A stretch of 64,000 nt of DNA from Auanema rhodensis (lineage: Eukaryota; Animalia; Nematoda). Both the position numbers and the translations under genes were made by a program. Of this stretch, positions 12,628 to 25,459 are shown piece after piece; within the stretch, counting starts at the first letter, position 1, and the number at the start of each line of letters is the position of its first letter. The notes beneath the pieces were generated by a model. That model was not told the DNA's origin and made no database searches. It was given only the letters and a program-made list of their open reading frames with translations. The stretch spans positions 8,866,001-8,930,000 of the forward strand of contig OZ059897.1 in the NCBI GenBank assembly GCA_964057225.1, given 5' to 3'.

Positions 12628-15600
12628 CTATATATCTCCATTTTCGAGAAGAACGGCTAACAGTACTTCATCCATAACGTCTTCTGGAAAGTCTACTAAC
12701 TGAAACGATTTCATTATTTGGCAAAAAAAGGGTTTAAAGATGTCTGTCAGCAAATTAAAACTTAAAACATACCACATTGTTTTCAATTCTCCATCCCCCT
12801 CCTGTTCCACCGTGCTTCTCATTCAGATGTATATATACATCTTTCTGCTGGTTACTCTGAAATTATTTTATTTTAACTTTTATTTGAATTCTATGATAAT
12901 TACCGTAAATTCACAGAGCCAACAGAAATGTATTTTACAGTAATGGCATTGCATGTGGTTACAACCAGCATCTTTTTCAATGACAGCCTAAATAGAAAAA
13001 AAATATGAATTCAAAACACCAATATGTCTTACACGACACTTTTCATTAGGACAATCACGAACAACTTGTCCTCGATTCTTTTTGAAAAGGTTAATAGAAA
13101 GTTCAGAATCATCTGGAATAATGAGAATATGTATGAGGAAAACAACAGAACGCAATTACTATAGAGTTTCTTATATTCTTCACACGAATATTCTTCGTGA
13201 GGAGCTTCACAACACCGACCACATCGTTTAACACCACATTGAGAGCAAGAAACTACTTTGTCTCGTCTATCAGACACCTGAAAACGAGAATATTTTTTAA
13301 AAGAAATCATACTTATTAGCAATATACCTGGTGAATACCCATACAATCGGGAGTGGAACAAGGCTTTAAATGAGGATTGAGTAATAAAACGACATCAACA
13401 ACAGATCGCACAAAGGGCTTAAATTTTTCATAAAAAAACGAACTAGGAACTTTAATATGTCCAGTAAACAGATACTGAAATTGAAAAACTGGATTAAGTT
13501 CAAGGAATTTAATTCAAAACCGTTATATCTTGAATGCATATATCTGTTGCGCAGTCTATAGCACAACACTTTAGAGGTAACTGACGACATCGAATAGCTG
13601 TTGAAATCTGCAAGAAGATAAAAATATTCGAAAATAAGGTATATAAGACACACCATGTGAGTAAGGCATTCCAAACAGTAATGATGACCGCAGAGATCTA
13701 ATTGAAAACTAGAAAAATTGTCAACTTTCATGAAACATATCGGACAAATTGGGCGAAAGCTATGACCGGGTGCAAATTTATCTTCCATCTAAATCGCAAA
13801 ACTAGGAACCTTTGTCAAAATCGAGTACCTTGGCTTGAATACTTTCCAGCAAATTTATTAAGCATATGTATTGATATATTTGTCCCTTGAAGCTATAGAT
13901 AGTATCAGGGTAAGATACAGATAAACGTCCACCTCCAATAAGATCTCTGAAAAACAAAATTAATTATTCATTTAAAAAATAACCTTACTCTATGAAATAA
14001 TCAGGAAACCGATGGATAATCTTTCGTAGAGAAGGCAGATATCTTGGAAAATCAACTGCAATTGCAACATCGATGTTGAAATAATGCCTATAAATCAAAG
14101 AAAAAATATAATAAAATATAAATTTTCATACCAATTATCAACAAAAGACAATAGGTTGTTTTTAAACAAATCAACATCTTCATCTGATCCATATAATGTA
14201 ATAATCTTATTTATTCGATCAACAATACAGACGACGGTTCCAAAGAATTTTTCATTCATTTTATGAATCCAGGCTTCACCAAAACTGAAATATAAAATGA
14301 CAACCGATCTGTACCAGTGATAGAAATAAAATGAAAATAACTGAAACATTCATGTACACGTGGCATTGCTCACTTAATCTTTCAGAAAACATTATAATTA
14401 GATAAAATAACTTACGCAGAAAACAAGCAATATCTATTTCCCAACGAACAATCTATACTTGTACCTCGAAAAACTTGAGCTAAGATTTCAGAAGCATGAA
14501 TAACATCACGGAAAAGAGGATAATGATTGAAAGTTTGTGAATTCGAGATACCTTATCGGCCATCCTTCCACAGCTATTCTACATTCATCATTTTTAGTGA
14601 CAGTATCACATATTCTAAGCCATTTTAAATGATCTGTGCTTTCTTCAGTTCGGAAATAGTGATCTAACTCTCTGAAAATAGTTACCATTACGAAAATAAT
14701 TTAAAACTGATTTACTGTATCTTTACATGACACGCTCCACGGATAGTAACTGGTATATATCGGAACTTTCGATACGAAGGATAAAATCGAACCTAAAGCG
14801 TAGCTTTGAAAACCCTAACTAGAAATATTTCTAACCCCCAGTTTGTCTGCAGGATTCAAAGAAAATGTATCTTTATCAGGTGATCTTTCCACTAGAAATT
14901 TCAATATGTTTTCAGCCATGGACAGTTTTTCAGTGAAAATAACCTGGAATTTGAGCATGAAAGAGCAAACATGAAAATATTCACCCTAGCATTTCCCTCA
15001 TAAACGATCTCATCATGTCTGTATGTGTCAGCAGCAACATGAACGTACCAAGGCAATTCCTCAGCATTTTCAAACAACTAAGCATAATGTTATCATAAAC
15101 TATATCAGCATTCACATACCTTTGTCCAATCATCAGGTTCTATAGGCGTATCTTTATCCCATACACCAGAGTTAATGGCGGCTTTTACCAAGCGCTTATG
15201 AATTGCTTGAACAATGTTCTGTCTAAAACAGTAAAAAATTAACAGACATTATATTTTCAATACTACTTTTCGAGGCGGAATTCAGCAGATCGAAAAAAAT
15301 ACATCTTCTCATATTTAATATTATTTGCGGACATCGCCTATAACACTGGATATCAGTTGGAACTTATTACAAATTCATCATACACGATGAACCACTTCTT
15401 CCAGAGCATTTTCATTGTGTGCAGGTGCTTCCTTACGAGAACCTATCCAATTGATCTCAAGCTAAACATATCATATAACAAAAATGTTATTTTTTTAAAC
15501 AGGAACCTCATTATCACTATTATTGGAAGGAAAAAAAGAAGCATTGATCCCATGAGCGGACAAAACTTCTTGAGCAAATCTAATTTCCTTAGGATTAGTT

Positions 15601-17360
15601 ATCTAAAAGAACAATCTGCTTCACAGATGGAAAGCATTAAACTAACAATTATTTTTCCTCTTCCTTTAAATGGACGTACATACCATTTCATGTCTAATAT
15701 TAGTTCAGACTGTGGATGAACATCAATGCTAGGTTTTTTACTTTTTAGTAGATAAGGCTAAAATACAACTATTGTCAAGTGCAATTTCGACTATAATCAC
15801 CATCATATCTTTCTTAAATTTTCGAGCTTTTAAGCAAAAATCTTGATTTGAGAAATAAAGATGATAACATGTTTCAGGCAAAGATACTCCAAATAGTTCA
15901 AAATAACGTTTAATTTCTTCTGGAGGTATTTTAGCAACCTAAATTTGAACTATATTCAAAGAAAATAGGGTAACTGGTACCGAGATGCATCCTTCAATTT
16001 TCTTAATCTTAGAATGTATGCTATCAAAATCATCTTCATTCAATAATATGCAGGAAGATGGATCGCCGACAGGAAATCCATTGATTTCAGAATTACAACC
16101 AGCAGTTAATGTTAACTAGAAATATAAAAATCAGAACTGATTTCACAAAAAATCTTACTGAATATTGTGCTTCAGGTATGTCCAGTATTATTTCCTCAGA
16201 AGCTATTTCCTTAATTATTGGTCTAACTACACTACAAAATATCAAATTATACACATATACGATATGATGATGACTAACTCCTTTAGAAAAGATTGTTCTT
16301 CATTATCATAATTATATTGATCAGGGAGAAATATTAATGCTTGTTGTAGGGGATCTTTCAATCGACTTTGAAACATGAACCTTAACTCTCTCGAAAGCTA
16401 AAATATTATCCTTATTTGTACTGAACTTGCTCAAAATTTAAACCTTAACCACAGTATCTTTATTGTAGAAAAGGTTGTTTACATCGATTATATGTTTAAT
16501 TACTGTTTTTCCTAATCGAATAGTTTTAATTTGCGCCCGATACTGAGAAAAAATAATGGTATCATATGCTATTATTGAAAACTTACATCAGCCTCATCTT
16601 TTGCTTCTTGAAAATCTATAAGCTTATCCAAGTCGAGACAATGTGTAATAGATTTTGAAACATGTCCTTGTCTTTCATTACAACTTGTAATCTTGTGAAT
16701 ATATGGAACCGGACGAATTCGGCATTTCGTACAGCGAAACGTTTGTTGAAGACGTGTACGTGGAGGCCTTTTGTTTTCCACAATATCAGCAACATCTGCT
16801 TTGATTGGACACTGGTTGGCTCGGATCTGTGTTGTTAGCCACTGCAAATGTAAGCAAATTGAAGACGTACGAAATATAGTTTATCCTACTTGATTAAAAT
16901 CAAATGTTTGCACGACTGGAGTTCTCGGAACATTTGCTTCTTTTTCTTGAAATAAGTTGCTGGTTGGCTTTTCAAAAACATCTAGAAAATCCGAATCCAT
17001 CACCTGTAATGAAAAAATAAAACTAAGAATGGCAATGCTCCGACATACAACTGAATTTGAATCTTCAAACTGACTTTCGAAGCCACCAGTTTGAAATATA
17101 GTTCTACCTGAAACTGCCAAAGCTACTATCAATTCATATATGCATATGTAAATTGAATAAACCTGGAGAAGTAGTAGTTAATGTGGGTCGTCTATAAAAA
17201 TTTAGTTAATAAAGCTTAATTATAAAATAGATTTACTTTATTTCATCATCCGTATGCCATCCGCTTTGCTATAATATATATAAAATAGCAAAAAACAAAG
17301 ATAAGAAAAATAAATTACCTTTTTTACTGTTTTAATATTATTAACTGTATTATTTATCAT
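12628..17360 (-). CDS. RBR (RING1-IBR-RING2) E3 ubiquitin ligase with long N-terminal region, multi-exon
   Basis: Spliced translation: RING1 [28 protein letters not shown]...CCAIDC; IBR CSTPDC...[22 protein letters not shown]; RING2 CPNEKC...[23 protein letters not shown] with catalytic Cys in GCNH; C-terminus [11 protein letters not shown]...LLENGDI* (TAG 12630-12628). 5' exons join in frame: [14 protein letters not shown]|[11 protein letters not shown]|RPTLTTTSP|[10 protein letters not shown]. The start at 17360 is less certain than the domain call. Confidence 0.88.
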
Positions 17361-17576
17361 TTCGTAATATAAAAGAATATTATGAACAACTTTGATTCCT
17401 ACATAAGCCTTTCTAAAATATTGATTAGTAATATACAAAATACTATTCGAAATTTCAAAATATGAGCACAGATATGTCATGAATACTAACATAATCATAA
17501 TTTATATAAACAAAATTATTCACACATTAAAAAATTATTTATTCAAATTGCGAAATTTTCAAATAGAAGCAGTTGC
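17361..17576 (-). promoter_or_regulatory. Operon-type intercistronic region (polyA signal followed by trans-splice acceptor) between TOE1 and the RBR ligase
   Basis: AATAAA 17543-17538, U-rich spacer, TATTTTAG acceptor ending at 17413; 216 nt stop-to-start. Confidence 0.55.
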
Positions 17577-19503
17577 TTAAGAGTTTTCAGACTCTGTGTC
17601 ATAATCAGCTTTTGCTTTAATTCGATTTCGTTCAATCGAAACAAATCGATCTGCATGCTTAGGACATATTCCGCCAAAACTTGAACCTTGAATGAGTAGA
17701 GGTATTTCTTTTCCAGACAAAGGAAGTTTATTACACTCCTTAAACAACAATAGAATAAACAAAAACATGTTTAAAAAAACCTCTGGATTCAGCTGACCAG
17801 TGCGGCAAAGGTGCATTCTATTTTGGAAAAGGACAGAAAACCCTGTCATAAACGCATCAACTCCCGCTCTATGACATCCTATATACCAATGATATTATAG
17901 TATCAAATAGTAAATATATACAACTGACCTGCGACCTTGAGTCTCGGTTTGTTGGCTAACTGAGCGACCGTGACCATCGTTCTAGGTTTTACAATATCCT
18001 GCTCTTTTGTTTTGTTGGAATCAGGATTTAAATACTCATATCTGATTGAAAAGTTATATTTGAATGATCGTTATGTACCTTCAGAAAATACCTACGTTTC
18101 CGTTTTCGTTTTTCTTTTTCTTGTTTTTCAACTTCTAAATCAAGTGCGAAATCGACGTCATGATATTTGTCGCACTTCTTTTGTCGACAAAATCCATGAT
18201 TCTGAAATATGCCATAGGAATCTCTACAAATAGCAATAATATTACTGAAAATTGTGAACAAACGGCCGTTGCTAAATCACAGGGAATTGTATGGAGAGGA
18301 AAATCTACTGGAAGCGAGCAATTCATACACTCAATAGCCGATTTTACGACATCAGTGAGGCCTAAATATAAAAATATATACTTCAAGGAACAGCAAAAAT
18401 TTAACGACCAACCATTTTGCTCATCAAACGATATGGATAAACACCATTTATTTGAGTTTGATTCTCGTACATTATCACCCTGACTAAATGGGATTTATAA
18501 TATTGTGGAAGAAGTCACAAACCATTTTCGGAATACATATTCTAGGAATGAAGCCTTCATGCGGGAACTGTATTCAGCTAAGTACTTTGAGTCACATAAT
18601 GGAGATTCTTTGGGAAAGAGATCATTTAAGGCATTAACAAATTGAGAAAATCTGAACTTCTCTTTCTTTCTAAGAAAATACAAAAACTCATTTACTTTTC
18701 CGGTAATTCACTGTAGAAATGTTGGTAAAGAAAAGTTAGATCGATTAACCCGTTGTGAAGTGCCAAAGGACGAGAAGATGATAAAATTTCGTTAATCAAA
18801 ATTCGTAAATAGCAGGCCTTAATAAAGATTATGATGGTATTAGCGATTTTCAACTTTTACCTTTACTACATTACTTGGATTGTAGTGAACCCCAGACGAT
18901 ATTAATCGATTAAAATCAAAATCGTGTTTAGCTAGAAACTCTAAAGCATCTGGCTCTATGGTGAAAGGTTCAGAGCATAAGGTGAGAATGTTGAAAACCT
19001 ATTCAGAATATGAATAAAACTATTTGAATTTCTAAGCATCCAACAAACTTGTGATTTAAATTTCAATCTTCTTTTGGTTTCATTTGTATCAATCAATTTA
19101 AAAAACGCTATTCCCAAGGATAAAACACTCCTGAATTGTTAACATACGTTTTCAAAAAACATGGTATTTATAATAGAGCTATAATAATTTAGAAATGAAC
19201 TAAAAACCTCGATTTGGCAGCTTCTCGCATTGCCGTATAACGTTCTTCAACGTTCTTGCTTGACATTCTTTTTATGGAACCTAAGCCCGAAAGCTCCTAA
19301 GGTGAACAGATTTATAACAGATAGCTATCATCAATTCAAACCATATCTAATGCTATGAAATCAGCATTTTTCAGAGAAATTAGAAGATATGGCCATATCG
19401 AATGAAAATTAGTTCTGGTGATTTCTATAACCTAAACCAAAGCTGGGACACAACAACATACCGAACCAACCTGAATTTCATCTAAGCTTGCTTTGCGACC
19501 CAT
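17577..19503 (-). CDS. TOE1: TOE1 (target of EGR1) / PARN-2-like CAF1-family DEDD deadenylase with CCCH zinc finger
   Basis: [11 protein letters not shown]|[30 protein letters not shown]|ELSGLG...[15 protein letters not shown]...; DEDD motifs ALDMELSG, HNGLIDL and [11 protein letters not shown]; CCCH finger CSQFS|[14 protein letters not shown]; basic [12 protein letters not shown]; stop TAA 17579-17577; AATAAA at 17543-17538. Confidence 0.92.
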
Positions 19504-19695
19504 ATGAATTGGAGAGATGTATTCTATTCATTTGTTAGAGAAAATAAAGATTCTCAAATTGAAGTACTATTAGAAATAAAATCGAATAAAAGAAAACACA
19601 CATTATTATGAAATATATTTATTTATTGTGTACAAACAATAAAAATGAACATACTTTTGATATCAATACTATGAAACTAAGTCGTTTGTGCCATT
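19504..19695 (-). promoter_or_regulatory. Operon-type intercistronic region between TRIC paralog 1 and TOE1
   Basis: Overlapping AATAAA at 19627-19618, U-rich tract, candidate acceptors TTCTAATAG (~19567) or GAATAG (19524); 192 nt stop-to-start. Confidence 0.5.
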
Positions 19696-21110
19696 TCATT
19701 GATCTTTCTTTTCACCATTAGAAATAGTCCCATTTTCTGATGAATGTCCAGTTGCTCTACGCTCACGAGCAGCAGCAAGAGCTCTGAAGTTTTCATAATT
19801 ACGTTTTAAATGCTATTTCACGAATTTTAAATGTAGGATGCCCAATAGGAACATATTCTCCTACAGTATTCATTTCTTAAGTTGGAAAAAGAAAATAGAG
19901 GATAAAGCTTATGAAACATACCTTGATAATGCATCCCAGATACCTCCCATGAAGACAGCACAGAAAAGATTTTCTAGAGGAGCAAATGGATCAGTTACGT
20001 CGAAAACAATGGCGGAGAATTTGAAATAAACAAAGAAACCGACAATACCCTGAAATATAACTTGTTAGTACATATAAACTTTGAATTACTGTTTACCAAA
20101 TAAACGATGTCATGAGGGATTGAGACGTAAATACTATTCTTCTCAAGAGCGAGAATGATAGATCCAACAAGGCAAGCCTTAGTAGCTAAGGATGGACGAA
20201 GAACTTCATTATGATGAGGTAGCCATACACCACGCACAAGCTGCAATGAACATTGTTATTCATAATATACGCATATAATATACCTGTTCAACAGTTTTCA
20301 CAATTCCTGACCCAGCGCCCTTTGCTGTTCCCACGATAATTTGTACCATATAAGAGTTAGGATACAATTTCGCTGCATGGGATACGCCATGCGATACCTG
20401 TGAAAACACTATGATTTAGAAAAACAACTACGAAACATTTCACAATTAAATTTACATAAACATAGTTCAAAAATGGTGTAATACAAAAACTACTTTAGAA
20501 TTTGTTTCTTAACTTCTACGTAAATAGCATACAATTAAGTATTATTTTATTTTTAAAAATTTTAAATATTTCGAAAATTGTTTACCGTTCCAAAAAAAAT
20601 TTAAATTCATACCTTGTGTGCTCTTTTGACTTCTTTGAGGATTGCTAAGACACATTTGATGGGAACTACTTTAGCCAATTTATAAATACCATCGAACGGA
20701 GCATAGAAGACAAGATACCAAATAATGGATGCCTTCAATGAATATCTATAGATTTAGAACAGTTTAATATAGATTACAAGGAGAATATCGTCGTGACGTT
20801 TGAATGGTGCAATTACTGGCTCACCCAACAAGAAATTGGCAAGGAATGAATCGGCAAAACACATTAACATCGAGGAGAGCCAACATGATAAAGGATGTTT
20901 TCGTGAGAAAATACCAGCATTAGCAGCTAAATCATCGCGAACTTCGATAATCATCTGTATATGTAAGAAATCTAGAAGGAAATTCAGTAATTAGTAACTT
21001 ACCAAGATGTAATGTGCTATGTCGAAGTAGGGGAACATCTTAAGCCGGTGCAATTGAGCACCGGCTTCTAAAAGGATCTCTTGATCCAATTGCATCCCCT
21101 CTGGGAGCAT
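19696..21110 (-). CDS. TMEM38: Trimeric intracellular cation channel (TRIC/TMEM38), paralog 1
   Basis: MLPEGMQLDQEILLEAGAQLHRLKMFPYFDIAHYIL|MIIEVRDD...FSRKHPLSCWLSSML...FLLGEP...KEVKRAHK...GTAKGAGSG...EQ|LVRGVWLPHHNEVLRPSLATK...DPFAPLENLFC...NGEKKDQ* (TGA 19698-19696); TTTTAAG acceptor 3 nt before the ATG. Confidence 0.93.
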
Positions 21111-22434
21111 TTCCTTAAAATAACCATCAGTATACATGGAATATTATTTTATGCGAAGCAGATAAGATTGTTCCTTATATGAATAATACTGAGAGCATTG
21201 TCACTAGTTAGACCAACGGAAACGGAAAGGACCCGAATGTTTCAGTTACTAACAAGGGCCAAGATACAATCCTTGATTGCTCTCAAAGTGTTAGTTAATT
21301 GGAAGAATAATAGGAGTCAACTAATGTTGTAATGATGTTCTCTTAGTTGCCAACGGTTAACGGTTAAATACATATGTATATGTTAAAGTAGTGAGCAATA
21401 TTTAAAAAATGATAATATTTAATAAATATTTTGAAAATATGAGAGAAACCTTAGTAAAAAAACAGTTTCAAGTAGTATAAGCGGGAGATAACGTTGTATA
21501 ACTGGACGTATTGGCAGATGGAGAACAGTTGCCATCTGAACATTCGATGTATCGCACAGAGAAGATATTCGTCAGGAGGGTTTGAGGAAAATCGATTATT
21601 GAAACTTCTCAAAGAGATATAACATAACGAGAATTTATTTGAAAAGAAATTTTGATGCTCGGGAGTTGTCACGACACTGTTCGGCAAAGTAATAGAACGA
21701 TTTTTAGCATAAATTTGAATCTCTAGAATGAAAGTAAGTAACAGGAAGTGTATTCATAAACCTAAAGAAAAAGCCTAAACAACTTGAGTTTCTTTGAGAA
21801 TTTGTAAATAGTAACAACATAAAGAAAAAACTCTTTTCAGGAGCAATGAAGTAAAGTGACTAAGTTTCAATTGTACTTTCAGCTAAACACTTGTATCAAG
21901 TTTCGTTAGATCCCGAAACCATTTAAGAATTACGTATAGCGGCAAATTCTTGCAAATTCTTGGAGGCATTATTGAAGAATTTGAATGCGATGAATGAAAT
22001 ATTTATAGAAATTCATCAAAAGTGATACAAGCAATACCACACAGGGGATAAGACAAACTTGAGTGTTGTCTATGTGATTAACGCGAGCTGATCTGAATCG
22101 ATTGAGCGAATCTTAGACAAACAGAGAGCTGAGAAATCTGACAATGCTTGTCAGTGAGAAAAAAAGACATTAGACTCGTATATATTTATTAAAATAATTA
22201 ATTAAAATTTCCCTAAGCTTTGTTATGGAATTTAAAATAGTACTATGAAGAATGCTGTTTTTTGGTCAAAGACCCGCAGGAATATACAAATTATAAAGCG
22301 AGTTATGAATGATATAAATATAACAATGCTAGATCACAGTTAACTTGACTAGAAACTATTGGCTTCAAGTTGAGGAGATGAGAGCTGGAACTTTGCAACC
22401 TGAGAATATTTTAATCTCCTAATAAAAATCTAAT

Positions 22435-24001
22435 TTATTTGTTCTTCTTGTCATATTTTCTTCTTTTTTCCTTTGTTATTTCTTCCTCAGCTTTAACTAC
22501 TCCATTAGATGCTTCAACTTTCGTGTGCTGAATAGCTCTGCGAAAATTTATATTAGTATTTGAAAATAGTTTGTATCTCATACTTTTGCAAAGCTTCCCA
22601 TATTCCACCCATGAAAATCGCGCAACATAAATTCTCAACAGGAGCCAATGGGTCCGAAACTCCAACAAAGACTGCGGCTAACTTGAAATATATAAAGAAG
22701 CTAACAACACTCTGGAATTCAAACAAATATTTAAAAAAAAATAAAAACACTAACCAAATAGACTAGATCATGAGGAGCTGTAACATACATACTATTTCTC
22801 TCCAATGTGAAGACCAATGAAGCGACAACACAGGCCTATAAGAATTTGAAAATTATTTCAAGTTCAAAACAACAATAAAGGTGACTGATTTTATATATTG
22901 AAAAGGGGACAAATCTTGGAGTAAAACACAAACCTTGGTTGTGAATGAAGGACGAAGTAGTTCATGCTTATTCGGTACCCACACACCTTGAACGAGCTGA
23001 AAAAACCTTTGCGTAATGACGAACACATGTTCAATAGTAAACCTGTTCAATAATTTTGACCACTCCTGCTCCCGCACCCTTGGATACTCCAACTAGTACT
23101 TGAACTAAGTATGATTCAGGATATAATTTTGCTGCATAGGTTACACCATGTGATATCTGAAAAAAAAAAACAATGTTTCAGCAAAAAAATATAGACTATG
23201 AACCTTATATGCTCTTTGAACTTCCTTAGCTATATATAGCACTAACTTGATAGGAAAGAATTTAATTAGTTTATAAACCAAATCAAAGGGTGAATAGAAG
23301 ACAAAGTACCAAACAATTGATGCCTAAAACAGCCACATAATCCAGAGATTAAAAGAAGAAAACTAACGAGTATTACGTCATTATGACTTTTAAAGGGAGT
23401 GATTATAGGCTCACCCAGAAGAAAACAAGATAAAAAACTACCTGAAAAAATGATAAAAGATAAGGAGAGAACGCAAGAAAAGTAACACCTGCGAAAGAGA
23501 TAAGCATGCATGAAAGCCAGCATGAGAACGGATGTCTTCTAGAAAATGATACTCCACCTGTTCCCATTTCATCTCTTACAGAAGAACATGCCTACAAACA
23601 TACATAGTACTAAAGTATTTTTAAACCTTATATCATTTATACTAATCAACGCACAGAAATGTTTCAAATGAATTATCACGGTCAAATACTAATATAAGCT
23701 ATTGGTGTACGTATAGTGCAATGATAAGAACATGAACGGCATTAGTTATACACTTATTCAAGTAGCTAGTATTTATGCGTTTCTTGAAATTTAATAGTGT
23801 TTATACAATGAGATTAGTTTTTGATATGAACTGAACACTTACAAGAAGGTAATGAGCAATATCAAAGTAGGGAAACATCTTTAATCGTTGTAGATGTCCT
23901 CCAGCCTAAAAATTACGGATAAAATGATTTAAATATAATGAAAAAAAAACCTCTATTAAGGTTTCCGGACTAATGTTCCAATCCGTTGATATGAGGCCCA
24001 T
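22435..24001 (-). CDS. TMEM38: Trimeric intracellular cation channel (TRIC/TMEM38), paralog 2
   Basis: MGLISTDWNISPETLIE|AGGHLQRLKMFPYFDIAHYLL...FSRRHPFSCWLSCML...FLLGEP...KEVQRAYK...GVSKGAGAG...LVQGVWVPNKHELLRPSFTTK...DPLAPVENLCC...KYDKKNK*; TTTCAG acceptor 7 nt before the ATG; AATAAA at 22190-22185. Confidence 0.92.
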
Positions 24002-25459
24002 GTTGTCGCTGAAATGAATAGATAATACAAAAAGAATTGGCGAATATAGGTGTAATTGCCACCGAAATAAGAAATGTCTCTTGATCATCATGACAACAAG
24101 TTACGAACAAGTAGATGAAAGTAAATAATACGAACATGTAGAATCGATGTATGTACTAATCGTGAAGGCCGAGAACATAGCAAAAAATTGAATTGACGAA
24201 AATGGATCACCATGCTGGGTGTGGGGAATTCGATATTATTCAATACCAAGTAGAAGTGTTGTATTCAAGGAAGATGATGTTCAACAGAAGTTGTATTGAA
24301 AAATCAATAAGAAACATAAAAGATATTACTTAATTGTAAATAGAATTACACAACTTGTTTGGCATAAAGGTCAAATAGTGCCCCAGGGTATGTTAAAGCC
24401 TCGATTAATACACTGAATATGCGCCAACAACGACTTAATGTTTTCGATTGTGCTGTGGTGTTTGCCAGAGAACACACAGACTGCTTAAGGCAAGGAAATG
24501 AGATGAATGATGGAAATGTGAGAGCAAGACAATAATAGAGACGCAGCTATAATGAGAGAATATATACAAGGAGTGGGAAAGATAGATGAAATGAGAAAAG
24601 GAAGAATGAATTATAACATACATACAAAAAGAGTTTGAGTAGAAATGAGCCTGCTTAAGAAACTAATTTGAAATGTAGTAAAATGGCAAGAAGGAGCAAT
24701 ATGATCGGTATCTAATCTGCTAGATGAAGCTGTGGGATTTCGCGGTTTAAAAGACAAGACAGCGAATCTGGGACTAGACTTTATCTAGATAAACAAAACG
24801 AAAGAAGATGAGACACAGTTATGAGACAGCCCTTCTCGTTTACTAATGACACAATGTTTCTCAACATGAGAATAAATACTCTGATCTGAATACTTTATTA
24901 CTTTCATTAAATGTTTTTTTCAATGATTTGTGTGTAGCAGAAGCCTATGTAATCAAATAATTCATATCAGATTGGAGAAACAGCGTGCGTGCGTGATGCT
25001 CTCTATTGACGTCAATTGATAAGAATTACAATGAGTTTAATCGTCTTATTAATTCATAAAGTAGATCTCATTTATTTAGTTAAAATGCATAAATTATAAA
25101 TATTCAATTAATCTGTCAACAAGCGATTCTATAGAATACAAGACATCTTCAAAAAAAAAGTACGATTTGTTTGAGAACGGTGAGAGAAAATCAGTAAAAT
25201 CAATCACGAAATCCTTAGGTATATGCAAAGATTTATGAAAATTCCAAATCAAAAAGTGCAACTTCCTGACATGAGTGCGTTTCTCGTTAGAAGGTGAATG
25301 ATGTTTGAAGTTAGTCTAGTTTTTTTTCTCAACCTTCGGCAGCTGCTTCGAATATCAGTGTAATTAGGAGGAAACAATGAGAACAATATATAAAAACGAG
25401 GAAGACGATATTGAGAGGAAACGTGTGGTAGATTGAATCTCGAATCAAAAATTTAAATC

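Noticed and set aside
22304-22400. TTCTCAG acceptor after the TRIC paralog 2 stop, suggesting an alternative last exon
   Set aside because: The resulting peptide has no TRIC-like features; a chance acceptor in the 3'UTR is as likely.
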